Of a stretch of 64,000 nt of DNA, positions 50,013 through 59,624 are shown in pieces. The notes under the pieces were generated by a model. That model was not told where the DNA came from. It worked only from the letters and a program-made list of their open reading frames with translations, and made no database searches. Position numbers and translations under genes: made by a program. Position 1 is the stretch's first letter. The number at the start of each line of letters is the position of its first letter. This stretch comes from a virus. Taxonomy: Duplodnaviria > Caudoviricetes. The stretch is from positions 27,189 to 91,188 of the IMG/VR virus record IMGVR_UViG_3300011152_000015; one strand, written 5' to 3'.

Positions 50013-50733
50013 TCGTAAGGCCTCGCCAATGGTAGGTGGGGTTTATGGAGCGCTTACGGAACTCCGATTACCGTGGCGTTTTGTTTTCAAATCACCGAAT
50101 AGCGCAGTCGTTCTACCATATCGTTGGCGAGGCTGGAGGGGATATGGTTGTGGATGCTTTGGAAAGCAAGGGTCTGCGGGTTGAGAGTGCTCAGTACGGC
50201 AGTGACACGGACGATTACTATGCTGGACTTGGCAGCTTTTACTTCATCCAAAATGATGCGTGCTTTTTCGAGATTCCGGGCGGCGTGTTGAAGGTGTATG
50301 CCAGGACTAACGGGCTATCTGGGGTTTTGAGCGCTGATGTACCAGGCGTGATCAGAGATCTGGCTGCTGAAGTGCTGTTCGAGTCATACCGGGGGAATCC
50401 TGATAAAGAGCACCTGCAGCGGTATGCGGATGATAGGTTTTCTGGGGATCTGGGGCTATAAAAGCGTGTGCTGCGTGAAATCTTGGGCACTATTCCACTG
50501 CGGACGCTCAAGATTTTAAATTAGAGAAGCTAATTCTAAAGTTAAAAACCACTGAATCAACCTGTCCGGTTAATACTTTTTCCTTTAAATTGACAAGTTG
50601 GCAATATTTTTACCAGTCGTCGGCTCATAGTTAAAACCAGTTCTTTTATATCAAAACCTGTTGCTCGGTAGCTTGCTCAATCAGATAATAGAAATGTAGA
50701 GAAGAGATCTACATAACAAGAGAGAGATACATC

Positions 50734-50955
50734 ATGCTACGCAGAGAATTTAAAATAGGAAGCGATATCACCGTCCTGCCAGATCAAGAAATCATGTTAA
50801 ATGGCAAAATCCTTGATTGCTACGACGTCAGGAAAGATTTCGAAGAATACAGAACTTCGATCGCATTTGTGCGTGTGCCACATCGCTCTACGCGAGCAAA
50901 GATAATCGAGGTTATTCAGGCCAGGTTGAAAGAAGAAGAAGATCAAGCCGCATAA
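50734..50955 (+). CDS. Small hypothetical protein
   Basis: A-rich leader; terminator at ~50969-50992. Confidence 0.6.
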   Translation: MLRREFKIGSDITVLPDQEIMLNGKILDCYDVRKDFEEYRTSIAFVRVPHRSTRAKIIEVIQARLKEEEDQAA

Positions 50956-51109
50956 CCTGAAAGCCCAGAAGCCCCTCCCTTGGGGCTTTTTTGTGCCCGT
51001 CTTATTTGACACCAAATTGCTTTCAGGTATATCCGGGGTTGGGTATTGCAACACCAATTGCTAAAAGAAGATAATTAATCACAGTAGAAAAATAACAATA
51101 AGGAACCAT

Positions 51110-51517
51110 GTGGTGGACATCATTCATGCGTATAAAGAACACCTAAAAACATTGGGCCCCGAAGCGACGTCAGCTAGGATATCGGAGGTTAGCAAGAAGT
51201 ATGAATACCTGATCGACCTTAGAAATGACTGGCAGCTTAACGGAAATAAAGAATCTCAATATGAGTTCCGAAACTCTGGCAGGTGGAAGCCGATCAGATC
51301 ATCAAATCTACATGCTGTAAAAAACATTGCAAAGGCAGCGAGATGTGCCATAAAGCAAAATAGGCAGTACATGATCGGTGGGAAAGTGCATTGGGTATTC
51401 CCGCCAGGATTCTTGGACGAGCTCCTTGATAGTTTGATCTCTGACATCAGAAACGGCATGAATGGAGCATCAGACACAACCAGGGACTTCTTCTTCAGCA
51501 TGGATCTAGGCTTGTAA
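51110..51517 (+). CDS. Hypothetical protein with C-terminal FSMDLGL
   Basis: AATAACAATAAGGA leader; variant terminal motif. Confidence 0.7.
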   Translation: MVDIIHAYKEHLKTLGPEATSARISEVSKKYEYLIDLRNDWQLNGNKESQYEFRNSGRWKPIRSSNLHAVKNIAKAARCAIKQNRQYMIGGKVHWVFPPGFLDELLDSLISDIRNGMNGASDTTRDFFFSMDLGL

Positions 51518-51610
51518 ACCCCGCAGCCCCAGAGTCCCCGCACTGCGGGGCTTTCCGTTCAAAGCCCTTACCATCAGCAGCTCAGGCACGCGGACTTTGA
51601 CATCAAACCA

Positions 51611-52939
51611 TTAGGCAGCGACGTACTCAGTTGCCAGCCTGTCGGAGTTGTCTTGAAGGTCGAAGTCATGACGCAAGACCCCCCTGCGCTTGAGCTCAGT
51701 GATGTAATCATGCTGGCTGAGGTCACCGTTAGCGCGAGCCGTGGCCAGTGCTGTGAGCTGCTCGACAGAAGCGTTGATGCCGTAATCCTTGTGCACGTCG
51801 ACCACAAAATCAGGATTGGATACGCGAGAGAACCGGGCCATCCAGCCGTAAACCTTTTCCAGAGCAGACTCCAGGCCAGCGGCCATGGAAGCAACCTGGT
51901 TATTATTCTCGCCAGCCTTTAGGGCACGGCCCGTCGCAGTCTCCACAGCCCCTGTGTTCTGCAGCATCTCGATGCCAAAGCTGGCCATGTTGTTTTCGAG
52001 GTCTACAAGAGCCTGCCGGCCTGTGCTAATGGCGCTACCGGTGTGCTCAACGTACTTTAGATCTGAATTTTCGCTACCAACAACAGCTTGGTCGATGCCG
52101 ATCACCAGCTCGCACTCTTCCGGTATCCCCTTGCCGAACAAGATCGGTACGGAGGCAACGTGGATGATGTGTCGCATGTCACTGTACTGCTGCCAGTGTG
52201 CGATGTTCATAAAGCACAAATCCATCAGTGGTGGCGGGCAGAACAGCGTGCCCCGAGTCTCAGCGGGATTGGAGTGCACGGGAGCAACAGGAATTTCATC
52301 GAGCCCGAATGCTTGCCAAGGCTCGATCATAATGTCATCACCGCCTTCCCCACGTTCCCAAAGAGACCACATCACACGGCCATCCCTCTTCCTGAAAGCC
52401 CGCACACGCTCGATCGATTTCTCTCCCCACTCACCGTCATCGACCGTTGCTGTTTCTCTGATCCGGATCTCCGATAGCCGTAGGTCTTCATCCATTCTGT
52501 AGCCCACGATGTCATCCGCGCTCAGCCAATAAGCGTATGGGTCGCCACCGCCCAGCGGAGCATCGACACAGATGAATGTGGTGCCCTGCCAAAAGGCATC
52601 TTCGAACAGCACCTTGGCGAGGGCACTGACAGAAGCCCCTTTGCCATCGATATTTGTACTGAAACGCTCAGCAAGCTCTGCATTCCCTTCACTCACGACA
52701 ATCACTGGTCGAGCAAAGGGCTTTGAACTCAAATTCTTGACGACCCGGCTACCAAAAGGTGTCAGAACTGTGCGCTCCAGTCGGGCCTGATAGCCTTTCT
52801 GGGTTTCTCGGGGCTCTTTGGGTAGATACGTTGTGCCAGCTTTGCGCATTGCAACAGTTCCGCCGCGCAAATCTCGAATTGGTTTGCGATCTGAATAAAA
52901 CTGCTGACAAACAGGGGATTTGTCGAATACTGATGACAT
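51611..52939 (-). CDS. Portal protein (DUF4055-like)
   Basis: GGT.AMR.AG..YLPK.P.E....Y..RL, PPL.DL...NIAHWQ..SD, ETAT. Confidence 0.88.
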   Translation of the reverse strand: MSSVFDKSPVCQQFYSDRKPIRDLRGGTVAMRKAGTTYLPKEPRETQKGYQARLERTVLTPFGSRVVKNLSSKPFARPVIVVSEGNAELAERFSTNIDGKGASVSALAKVLFEDAFWQGTTFICVDAPLGGGDPYAYWLSADDIVGYRMDEDLRLSEIRIRETATVDDGEWGEKSIERVRAFRKRDGRVMWSLWERGEGGDDIMIEPWQAFGLDEIPVAPVHSNPAETRGTLFCPPPLMDLCFMNIAHWQQYSDMRHIIHVASVPILFGKGIPEECELVIGIDQAVVGSENSDLKYVEHTGSAISTGRQALVDLENNMASFGIEMLQNTGAVETATGRALKAGENNNQVASMAAGLESALEKVYGWMARFSRVSNPDFVVDVHKDYGINASVEQLTALATARANGDLSQHDYITELKRRGVLRHDFDLQDNSDRLATEYVAA

Positions 52940-52970
52940 GGTCTTTACGACTCTTATTATTTGTTGAGTA

Positions 52971-54539
52971 TCAATGTCCCATTATACCGTAGGACACACG
53001 GGCGGTCGGTCGTTTCCACGTTAAGCGATATGCTAGGGCGTCCCAACTATGATCATCGGGGCCTTTGGCAACTGAGTCTGGCTCATCCTCATCTCGATAA
53101 AGATCAGGGATTGTCCGAGTTAAAAATTTGCACCCGGAAAATATATAGATATGTGGCTTTTCCCGATTACGGTCGACAGTTGCTTGAAGTCTCTCAAACA
53201 TAATCTGAGCTGAAGTAATTCGACTTCCAGCACGCTTGTCTGACTGAGTAAACGTAATTCCTTCTTTCTCAAGCTCCTTAGCAACCGTCGGGGCTGTTCC
53301 TTCATCAACCTTGGAGCCGTTATATATCTGGTTGTCTGCTGGCCCAGCGGTTATACGAGCGTGATTTTTCAGCACTGTCGTCTGCAGCTTCACTTCTCGG
53401 GCTTTTAGGCGAGCGCCGATCTTGCCAGCGCTCAGAAGTAGACCTAGATCCCGTTTCTGCTGCTTGCCCTCAGGCGTCAGCGGCGTCCCGTAATCCTCAC
53501 CACATACGATCAGCGATCCTTTTGGAGGGCAGAAAACTTTGCCGCCGACCGTGACGGCTTCTCCATTCGCTTCTGCAGTCCACAGACAGCAAAAAGGGGT
53601 TGATTGACCGTAGTCAAAGCTCCTATCAACCTTCCATGCCGCTGGAATCTCAAACGGCTGCAGGATGTGCACGTCGCGATCCCAAACCCTGGCAAACATT
53701 GCCGTATCGTCCACAACCTCCCAATTCCCGTAAAGCCAAGCCTCCCTGAGCATGGGATCAGCAATGTTCATCAACCACGCTTTATATTCGAGGTCGACGT
53801 ATTTGTTTTCAAAAATGGTGCCGAAGATCGCGCAGCGCTTCCATTCGATTTCGACAGTGTTGCCGTCCTCGTCTATGAGGGATTTGATGGTGCACTCGAT
53901 CTCGCCATTGCGTTTGCCGTCGATGAATCGTTCTTTCACCCACCGCTTGCCGATGCCCCATGGATTGGTCATGGCTCGCACTTGTTTCGGGGGCATCAAG
54001 GGCTGCCGGGCTGTCGGTTGGTACGCAGTCCGGAGGGTCGATAATAGCTTTTCGTAGATCTCGTCGGTGGCCCAGGTCGTGAGCTCATCAAACCCAATAT
54101 AAGTGAACTGCTGGCCGTGAAATTTGGCTTCGTACTGCGACGCTTTTTCGATGTATTGGAAGATGAGCTGCTCACCCTCAGGGAACGTCCAGGTACGCTC
54201 AGATTTGTTGTAAGTCGCGCCAGGAAATAGCCGTGGAAAGACCTTCTCCGCCTCGTTTATGAGGTCGCGTAGCGCAGAGTACTGCCGACGAAGAATCACA
54301 CCACGCCAGTAAGCGCCCCACCCCTTCCCCACGTGTTGCGCAAACCCCATCAACAGGCAGGCGGACTTGCCATTTCCCCGCGTGCCATGGAACAGAACCT
54401 CGTGCACGAGCGTGTCTGGCTGGCCCACGATTAGGAACATTTCCTGGGAGCTAAGGCCTCCAGCTTTGTTCTTGGTGGGTTCCCAAATCACCTTGCGGAC
54501 AGCTGACGTGAGGGCCTTGCGAGGCAACATCGCGGTCAT
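52971..54539 (-). CDS. Terminase large subunit
   Basis: GTRGNGKS, IGFDELT, MTNPWG.G, FDYG, DHSWDALAY. Confidence 0.92.
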   Translation of the reverse strand: MTAMLPRKALTSAVRKVIWEPTKNKAGGLSSQEMFLIVGQPDTLVHEVLFHGTRGNGKSACLLMGFAQHVGKGWGAYWRGVILRRQYSALRDLINEAEKVFPRLFPGATYNKSERTWTFPEGEQLIFQYIEKASQYEAKFHGQQFTYIGFDELTTWATDEIYEKLLSTLRTAYQPTARQPLMPPKQVRAMTNPWGIGKRWVKERFIDGKRNGEIECTIKSLIDEDGNTVEIEWKRCAIFGTIFENKYVDLEYKAWLMNIADPMLREAWLYGNWEVVDDTAMFARVWDRDVHILQPFEIPAAWKVDRSFDYGQSTPFCCLWTAEANGEAVTVGGKVFCPPKGSLIVCGEDYGTPLTPEGKQQKRDLGLLLSAGKIGARLKAREVKLQTTVLKNHARITAGPADNQIYNGSKVDEGTAPTVAKELEKEGITFTQSDKRAGSRITSAQIMFERLQATVDRNREKPHIYIFSGCKFLTRTIPDLYRDEDEPDSVAKGPDDHSWDALAYRLTWKRPTARVSYGIMGH

Positions 54540-54994
54540 GCCGGCACACCCTCAAAGCCCATGACGCCCGCTCCGCTTTTTGCGCACAAAGCTGGTGTCT
54601 TGCTTACAAACACAGCTTCGAGCAGTACCAGGGTTTCCAGGCTTCTAGGGGTGTTGTAGTAAGGGTCTGGGTCGTGGGCGTGCTGACCGTCCCAAAACAC
54701 CGCGTGGAGCCCATGGCCGCCTCTGGATAGGATCGTCAGGATCGCGGGGCAGTCTCGGACAATTTCTGGATTGCAGGGGTTTCCGGGGCGGTTGAGTTGA
54801 ACGTAAAACTCCGGGAATGTGACGTACTGGTTGGGGATTCCGAGCTGTGTAAGAGCGTTGGCAGTGTCTGCAGCTGTTGTGCCCAGGAGGTCAGATTGTG
54901 GTGCAAATACTGCCAGTGCTTGCTCGTAAGTCAGGTTGAGCGCGTTCGCGAAACTAGCGACTCCGCAATCGAAGGGCGTCCGTTGCTTAATCAT
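54536..54994 (-). CDS. C39-like cysteine peptidase
   Basis: Q.TPFDCGVAS (Cys), HAVFWDG (His), HDPD (Asp); overlaps both terminase genes. Confidence 0.7.
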   Translation of the reverse strand: MIKQRTPFDCGVASFANALNLTYEQALAVFAPQSDLLGTTAADTANALTQLGIPNQYVTFPEFYVQLNRPGNPCNPEIVRDCPAILTILSRGGHGLHAVFWDGQHAHDPDPYYNTPRSLETLVLLEAVFVSKTPALCAKSGAGVMGFEGVPA

Positions 54995-55514
54995 TACCAG
55001 ACCCCTTCTGCCGCGTTGCCGATTTAGCGAGATCGACGGCTGAGGCTTGCTGCTGCATGAGCAAGGCTTCAAGGTCTTGGCCACCAGCTCCGCCGAGGGT
55101 TGGAATGTTCGCAATGCCGGTGTTTTGCTCACCAGTGTTGTCGGTTTTGATCGTGACCTCTTTTCGATCGTAGTCACCGAAGGCATCGGGCATGCGGCGA
55201 GCAAGCAGCTTCTCGGCAGCCTTGACGTCACCCATCTTGATCGCTTTTTGGATGGTGTCGATTGCAGGCAGGCAGCTTAATTTCCTGGCAAGCTCAACGG
55301 ACTCTACGAGCTCTACGCACAGCAGCTCATCAGGAGACATTTCATCCTGTTCGACCTCATCAGATATCAGCGCCCTCCCCAGAGCTTGCCACTTGTAAAA
55401 GGCTGCTTCGGAAACGCCGGCAATGGCACAGGCCAGCTCGATTGTGGTTGTCCGCTGGACACCATCAACGATCTTTTTCACGAGTTTTGCTGAGAGTTGA
55501 TTAGCACGGCGCAT
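54987..55514 (-). CDS. Probable terminase small subunit
   Basis: AC.IAGVSEAAFYKW HTH; AAEKLL.RR.P..FG; position upstream of terL. Confidence 0.7.
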   Translation of the reverse strand: MRRANQLSAKLVKKIVDGVQRTTTIELACAIAGVSEAAFYKWQALGRALISDEVEQDEMSPDELLCVELVESVELARKLSCLPAIDTIQKAIKMGDVKAAEKLLARRMPDAFGDYDRKEVTIKTDNTGEQNTGIANIPTLGGAGGQDLEALLMQQQASAVDLAKSATRQKGSGND

Positions 55515-55995
55515 TGAGATACCTCAGGCCATATTTCGCAATCATCAGCGAGTCAGAGATGCCGTCACGAACCGGGCGAGTTCCGTCCTTGCGTACGCGT
55601 CCGTAAATCCCAGGTGCCTGGAACACGTTGTATGCCACCTCAGCAACCTGTTCTTTCGACAGCCCTGAGAGGCTCTGGAAGCCCCTCCATTCCTGAGGTC
55701 GTGCATAGATCACCCTGGCTGCGTGAATCTCTGCGAGGGCCCTGGCAACGCCGTACGAATCGCCAAAGCTAAACATCGAGACTACCCCCTGCCCTGGGCG
55801 TGCTCCAACCAACTCGATCACTGCAAGCTCGATGTCGTACTTACTTAAAATCTCGTTAATAGCTTTTGGACACACCTTATCCTTGCCATCAACCTTAATT
55901 GTTGGCATTGGATAAGTTGCGATGAGATTGAGTCGCTCGTCGATTATCGAGAGCCCCCCAGACTTGCCGGGGTCAACACCGAGTATTAGGCGCAT
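55501..55995 (-). CDS. RuvC-like Holliday junction resolvase
   Basis: GVDPGKSGG, VIELV.ARPGQGV.SMFSFG, DG.SDSL. Confidence 0.85.
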   Translation of the reverse strand: MRLILGVDPGKSGGLSIIDERLNLIATYPMPTIKVDGKDKVCPKAINEILSKYDIELAVIELVGARPGQGVVSMFSFGDSYGVARALAEIHAARVIYARPQEWRGFQSLSGLSKEQVAEVAYNVFQAPGIYGRVRKDGTRPVRDGISDSLMIAKYGLRYLNAPC

Positions 55996-56021
55996 AGCTA
56001 CTGACTTTATTATTCTTATTG

Positions 56022-56774
56022 TCAGTTTATTGTAGCATGGGCTGTTTGTTGTTTGTGCGCAAAGAAAGGCAGTTGCACTTTAATTCCAGTACGCGCCAGT
56101 TGCTCCTTAAGAGTGCCATATCCCTTGCCGAATTCTCTAACCAGCGTCTTGTATCGTTCCGAATTTCTAAACTTTGATTCTTCACCTTCGTAGCAGTATG
56201 AAAAACCTTCTTTGGATGCCCACTCTTCCTGGGTCATCGTAGTGCCGTCCACGCGGGGGCTAGACCAAACACACTTGATGTCGCGATGGCTAAAAACGAA
56301 GACTATGTGTACGTTGTTTTGCTCAGCAGCTCTGATGAATTTCTTGGCGGCATTAAGATCGCTAATGACACCTTTAACGTCATAGCAAATTCGATCATTG
56401 TTCGGATCAACGAAATCCGGAAGCCAGGAGGTCTCGATAACAACTGGCATGCGGAAATCGGGAGACTCGTATTCGCAGTCCTGAAGGCCACCAAATACTT
56501 TCACCCTAAATTCGCTCCAGCTTCTAAAGGGGCGTGGGACTTTCGGGAGGTCAGGGGTTCTGATGATTGATTCGCCATCCTGGAATACATGGCGGTAGTG
56601 CTGCCTGTTATATTCGTTCCAGGGGTGGCCTTGTTCAATCTCATAGCAAGCATGGGCGCAGAGTTCGAGAAGGTCACGATCGATCTTCAGATATCCGTAC
56701 TTTGTACTCAGAAGTTTATCGTAGTGTTCGGATTTCAGCTTGTTAGCTATCCTCTGCGGGTCTAAACCAATCAT
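56022..56774 (-). CDS. PD-(D/E)xK endonuclease (T7 endonuclease I-like)
   Basis: FRSWSE, WLPDF..YDVKG, T..EWA.K.GF. Confidence 0.7.
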   Translation of the reverse strand: MIGLDPQRIANKLKSEHYDKLLSTKYGYLKIDRDLLELCAHACYEIEQGHPWNEYNRQHYRHVFQDGESIIRTPDLPKVPRPFRSWSEFRVKVFGGLQDCEYESPDFRMPVVIETSWLPDFVDPNNDRICYDVKGVISDLNAAKKFIRAAEQNNVHIVFVFSHRDIKCVWSSPRVDGTTMTQEEWASKEGFSYCYEGEESKFRNSERYKTLVREFGKGYGTLKEQLARTGIKVQLPFFAHKQQTAHATIN

Positions 56775-56926
56775 TTTGCACTCTCTTATTATTATTATGT
56801 GCTGCTTATGATTATTATTGAAAATGAGCAAATGCCCGCGCAACAAGTAATTGCGCATTTAATAAAGATATTTTAATTGGGTTGGTAAATTGGTGTATGG
56901 GGGCGGGACATCCTTGTCCCTATGGC

Positions 56927-59125
56927 TCAGAGGCCTGTATATCCCTTCATTTGCTCAAGCGACTTTGGATCAATGATGTAGTAGTAGCCCGAACTACCAC
57001 CGTCCACACGCTTTGTTTTCAAACCGCAAGCCCTCATCAGCTCGGAGATTGCGCCCTGTTTTGAGCGATCAGAAATCAATTTGCTTGCTTTAGGCAGATT
57101 GAACCCGGCGATCAATGCTTCGGCCCGAACGCAATTAATTTCGTCAAAGGCTTTTATCGAGTCTGCTGAACTCCAGGACTTGGTCTGAGACATTCCTTTA
57201 AAGATTCGCGCAAGCATACGATGCAGGGACATATTGCTTTGATGTAGCTTTTCAAAGTTGTTGAGCTTCTGCTTGCCTTGCCCCTCTTGCCAAAACTCTG
57301 TGTCTTGCAGGGTAAGCGCGGATTTCTTGAGGTAATATTCAGCTTCCGCTCTGATTGCAGAGTAGTACTCGGTGGGGCTTGAGGCGCCGTCCCGGACAAC
57401 AACCTCTGCGACTTTTCGATCAGGCATAGCAGTAGCATTCAAAACAGACTTAGCGATATTGATTTTAAGAGCACGACGAGTCTTTGAGCGCTCTTTAAAA
57501 CCGACCATGCCTTGCTCGTCATTCGTGGCCTGATTGATGACGCTAAAACCCTGCCGGCGAAGCTCGATTGAGAGGGTCAGCTGGATGTTGTCTTTGAGCC
57601 AAGCGGAGCCCTTGCGATGCTGGTAGCGCATCTCATCGAATTTCGTTTTTCTGCTGTATTGATACTCGACCTCTACCAGTTCGGATGTGCGGTTCTGAGG
57701 GTTCCGAACACCCACCAGGAAGCTCTTGGCCTTGCGGTCGCGACGGAGCATCTGAATCGCGCCTTTCGGGCTTACTGAGCCTTCGAAGAGGCCAAAATGA
57801 CGGGTAAAGTGACCTGAGGTAATGCTGATCGCACTCTTCATCGCTGGCGAGTAAATCAGCACCTCGTAGTCGCTAGAGTTAGGATTTTTAAGAAATGCTT
57901 GCTGCTGCGCGTACCCGCTCGTTGTTGACGTGATGAGCATGACTTGTCGTCCAGCCTTTTCCAGTGCCAGAGCCATGGCCGAAGCGTCACGTTTGTTATC
58001 GCAGGCAATGACTGTGTTTTCGCTGAGCGCAGAGTCCATCGCCTGTTTGCGAATCTGATCCAGCTGACCAACCTCGATAGCAATATCGCCGTGCGCAGCT
58101 TCAGCCTTAAAAACAACAACCGGGTCGGTACCATTTGTAATCAGGTCAAGGCAGGCCTGGTTAATGTCGGCGTCAGCAAACACAACGTTTTTGGCCTGCT
58201 TGACTACAGACTTTAGAGTCGACCAGACATCTTCGCGGTCGCGGACAGTGCCATCGAAAACGTGCTCGATGACCTGACTAGCCTCATCAATTACTACCAG
58301 ATCGGCATTGGCCACAAAGTCAGCGAATTTAGGCGAGATGAGGGAGTTGACCACTACCTTGAGACCTAACGCCTCACTCATTTGACCCGGCATAACATCC
58401 TGATAATCAATCAAACCGGGGATATCGATTGCTTTAACAATAGAGCGAAGCGGGGAAATAAATAGCACTCGCTTCCCCTGAGACATGAACGACTTCATCT
58501 GAGATTCTAAAATGATGGATGTTTTGCCGAAGCCGGTGTGGCACTGCAACAAAGCACGGCGAGGCACGCGAAAAATGGTGTCTCGAATTTTTTCGGCGGG
58601 GAATTTTTTGTAAGTGAGGAGATGCTCGAACTTACCCACGCATGTGTCAAAGCGCTCGGTGTGCTTGCTTACTGACTTCTGCAATACGTCTCGCTCTTGC
58701 TGTTCAGTAAGCAGGCCATCGGTATCTAATGTGGAGACAGCATCTTCGAAGCTCAAACCTACAAGAACCTCTTTGGCAAGCTCTTCGGCAGCGAACTCAA
58801 TTTTTTTCTCAATTGAGCCGGAGCGGGACATTACCAGCTTCACCAAAGCCGCCTTATTTATGTTGTGAACGTTTTCGGCGAGAACATTTTTCCCAACTGA
58901 GTCGTAAAGACCTGATGAGGTACTCAGCGCAGCTTTAACGGCTTGCATAGCGTCGTGTCGGATGTCGATGTAGCGCTTGATTTTAGGATATTCGCTGCGA
59001 AAGTAATTAGCTGCTTTAAAGTAGTTAAGGGAAGGTACAGATCTAAAACCGTCAATCGCTTCCGAGCAGCCGAGGATGTAGGAATTTGAGGATGGGCAAC
59101 CGAGAATGTTTGATTCGATGTTCAT
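56927..59125 (-). CDS. SF2-helicase-type replication / origin-binding protein
   Basis: HTGFGKT, VIDEASQV, DAD, YSP....ISI, QMLRR.R; start chosen after the AACAAAAAGAGAG leader. Confidence 0.7.
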   Translation of the reverse strand: MNIESNILGCPSSNSYILGCSEAIDGFRSVPSLNYFKAANYFRSEYPKIKRYIDIRHDAMQAVKAALSTSSGLYDSVGKNVLAENVHNINKAALVKLVMSRSGSIEKKIEFAAEELAKEVLVGLSFEDAVSTLDTDGLLTEQQERDVLQKSVSKHTERFDTCVGKFEHLLTYKKFPAEKIRDTIFRVPRRALLQCHTGFGKTSIILESQMKSFMSQGKRVLFISPLRSIVKAIDIPGLIDYQDVMPGQMSEALGLKVVVNSLISPKFADFVANADLVVIDEASQVIEHVFDGTVRDREDVWSTLKSVVKQAKNVVFADADINQACLDLITNGTDPVVVFKAEAAHGDIAIEVGQLDQIRKQAMDSALSENTVIACDNKRDASAMALALEKAGRQVMLITSTTSGYAQQQAFLKNPNSSDYEVLIYSPAMKSAISITSGHFTRHFGLFEGSVSPKGAIQMLRRDRKAKSFLVGVRNPQNRTSELVEVEYQYSRKTKFDEMRYQHRKGSAWLKDNIQLTLSIELRRQGFSVINQATNDEQGMVGFKERSKTRRALKINIAKSVLNATAMPDRKVAEVVVRDGASSPTEYYSAIRAEAEYYLKKSALTLQDTEFWQEGQGKQKLNNFEKLHQSNMSLHRMLARIFKGMSQTKSWSSADSIKAFDEINCVRAEALIAGFNLPKASKLISDRSKQGAISELMRACGLKTKRVDGGSSGYYYIIDPKSLEQMKGYTGL

Positions 59126-59341
59126 GCTAATGCTCTCTTTTTGTTGTGTGTGCTCACTGCACAATTTAATTATCGACAATGAGTAAAGGCCTGCGCAACA
59201 CTTTTTGGGTTGACACAAAGCGAGTTCGAGGTATGGAAGTTGCGGAGCGATGCGGAGCGATGATTTCGGTTGCGCAGCGATGATGATGGTTGCGCTTAGT
59301 TGTTCAAAAAATGGTCTAGATTGCGCGAGGTTGTGATTATA

Positions 59342-59499
59342 GTTTCTCTTAACCAAAGTTCTTGATCTTTCCTCTTCCCTCGGTTTGTATACCTATAGCA
59401 ACGATCATCGTCCACCCTCAACCGTGTCATTTATATTATAAAAGGAAAGACCCGTTGAGGGTGGTGGGAGGTAAGGAAGAAGATTGGTTAAGGAAAACT
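59342..59499. repeat. Nested-palindrome element, copy B; candidate origin
   Basis: Perfect IR CCACCCTCAAC (59412-59422) / GTTGAGGGTGG (59454-59464) around an AT-rich spacer; outer CTTAACCAA arms; lies between the divergent replication genes. Confidence 0.75.
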
Positions 59500-59624
59500 C
59501 CTATCTTAATTTCCTTGTATATCCTCACTTTGAAAAATGCCAAGCAAAATACGTATTGCGTCGAGAACTGCTCATTTACAACAATATAAATGTGCACGAC
59601 ACAACAACAAAAAGAGAGAGCATC

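Larger units (their letters stand above)
48047..50057 (+). mobile_element. IS66-family element, 2011 bp, no tnpA
   Basis: Terminal IRs GTAAGCGCTCCATAAA; 8-bp TSD GGAACTCC at 48039-48046 and 50058-50065. Confidence 0.95.
47861..50461 (+). pseudogene. ~195-aa FSGDLGL-tagged gene split by IS66
   Basis: Removing the IS and one TSD joins ..AHKLWNS to DYRGVLF.. in frame. Confidence 0.85.

Noticed and set aside
42611-51517. GDLGL ends as a DNA repeat (attC, shufflon site or DGR target)
   Set aside because: The DNA varies at synonymous positions while the peptide is fixed; no attC structure, invertase or reverse transcriptase is present
54995-59624. Long N-terminal extensions in the ORF track for 54536-55231, 56022-56858, 56927-59356 and 59484-60905
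   Set aside because: Downstream ATGs carry the element's leader motif or gene coupling; the extensions run through terS or intergenic regulatory DNA
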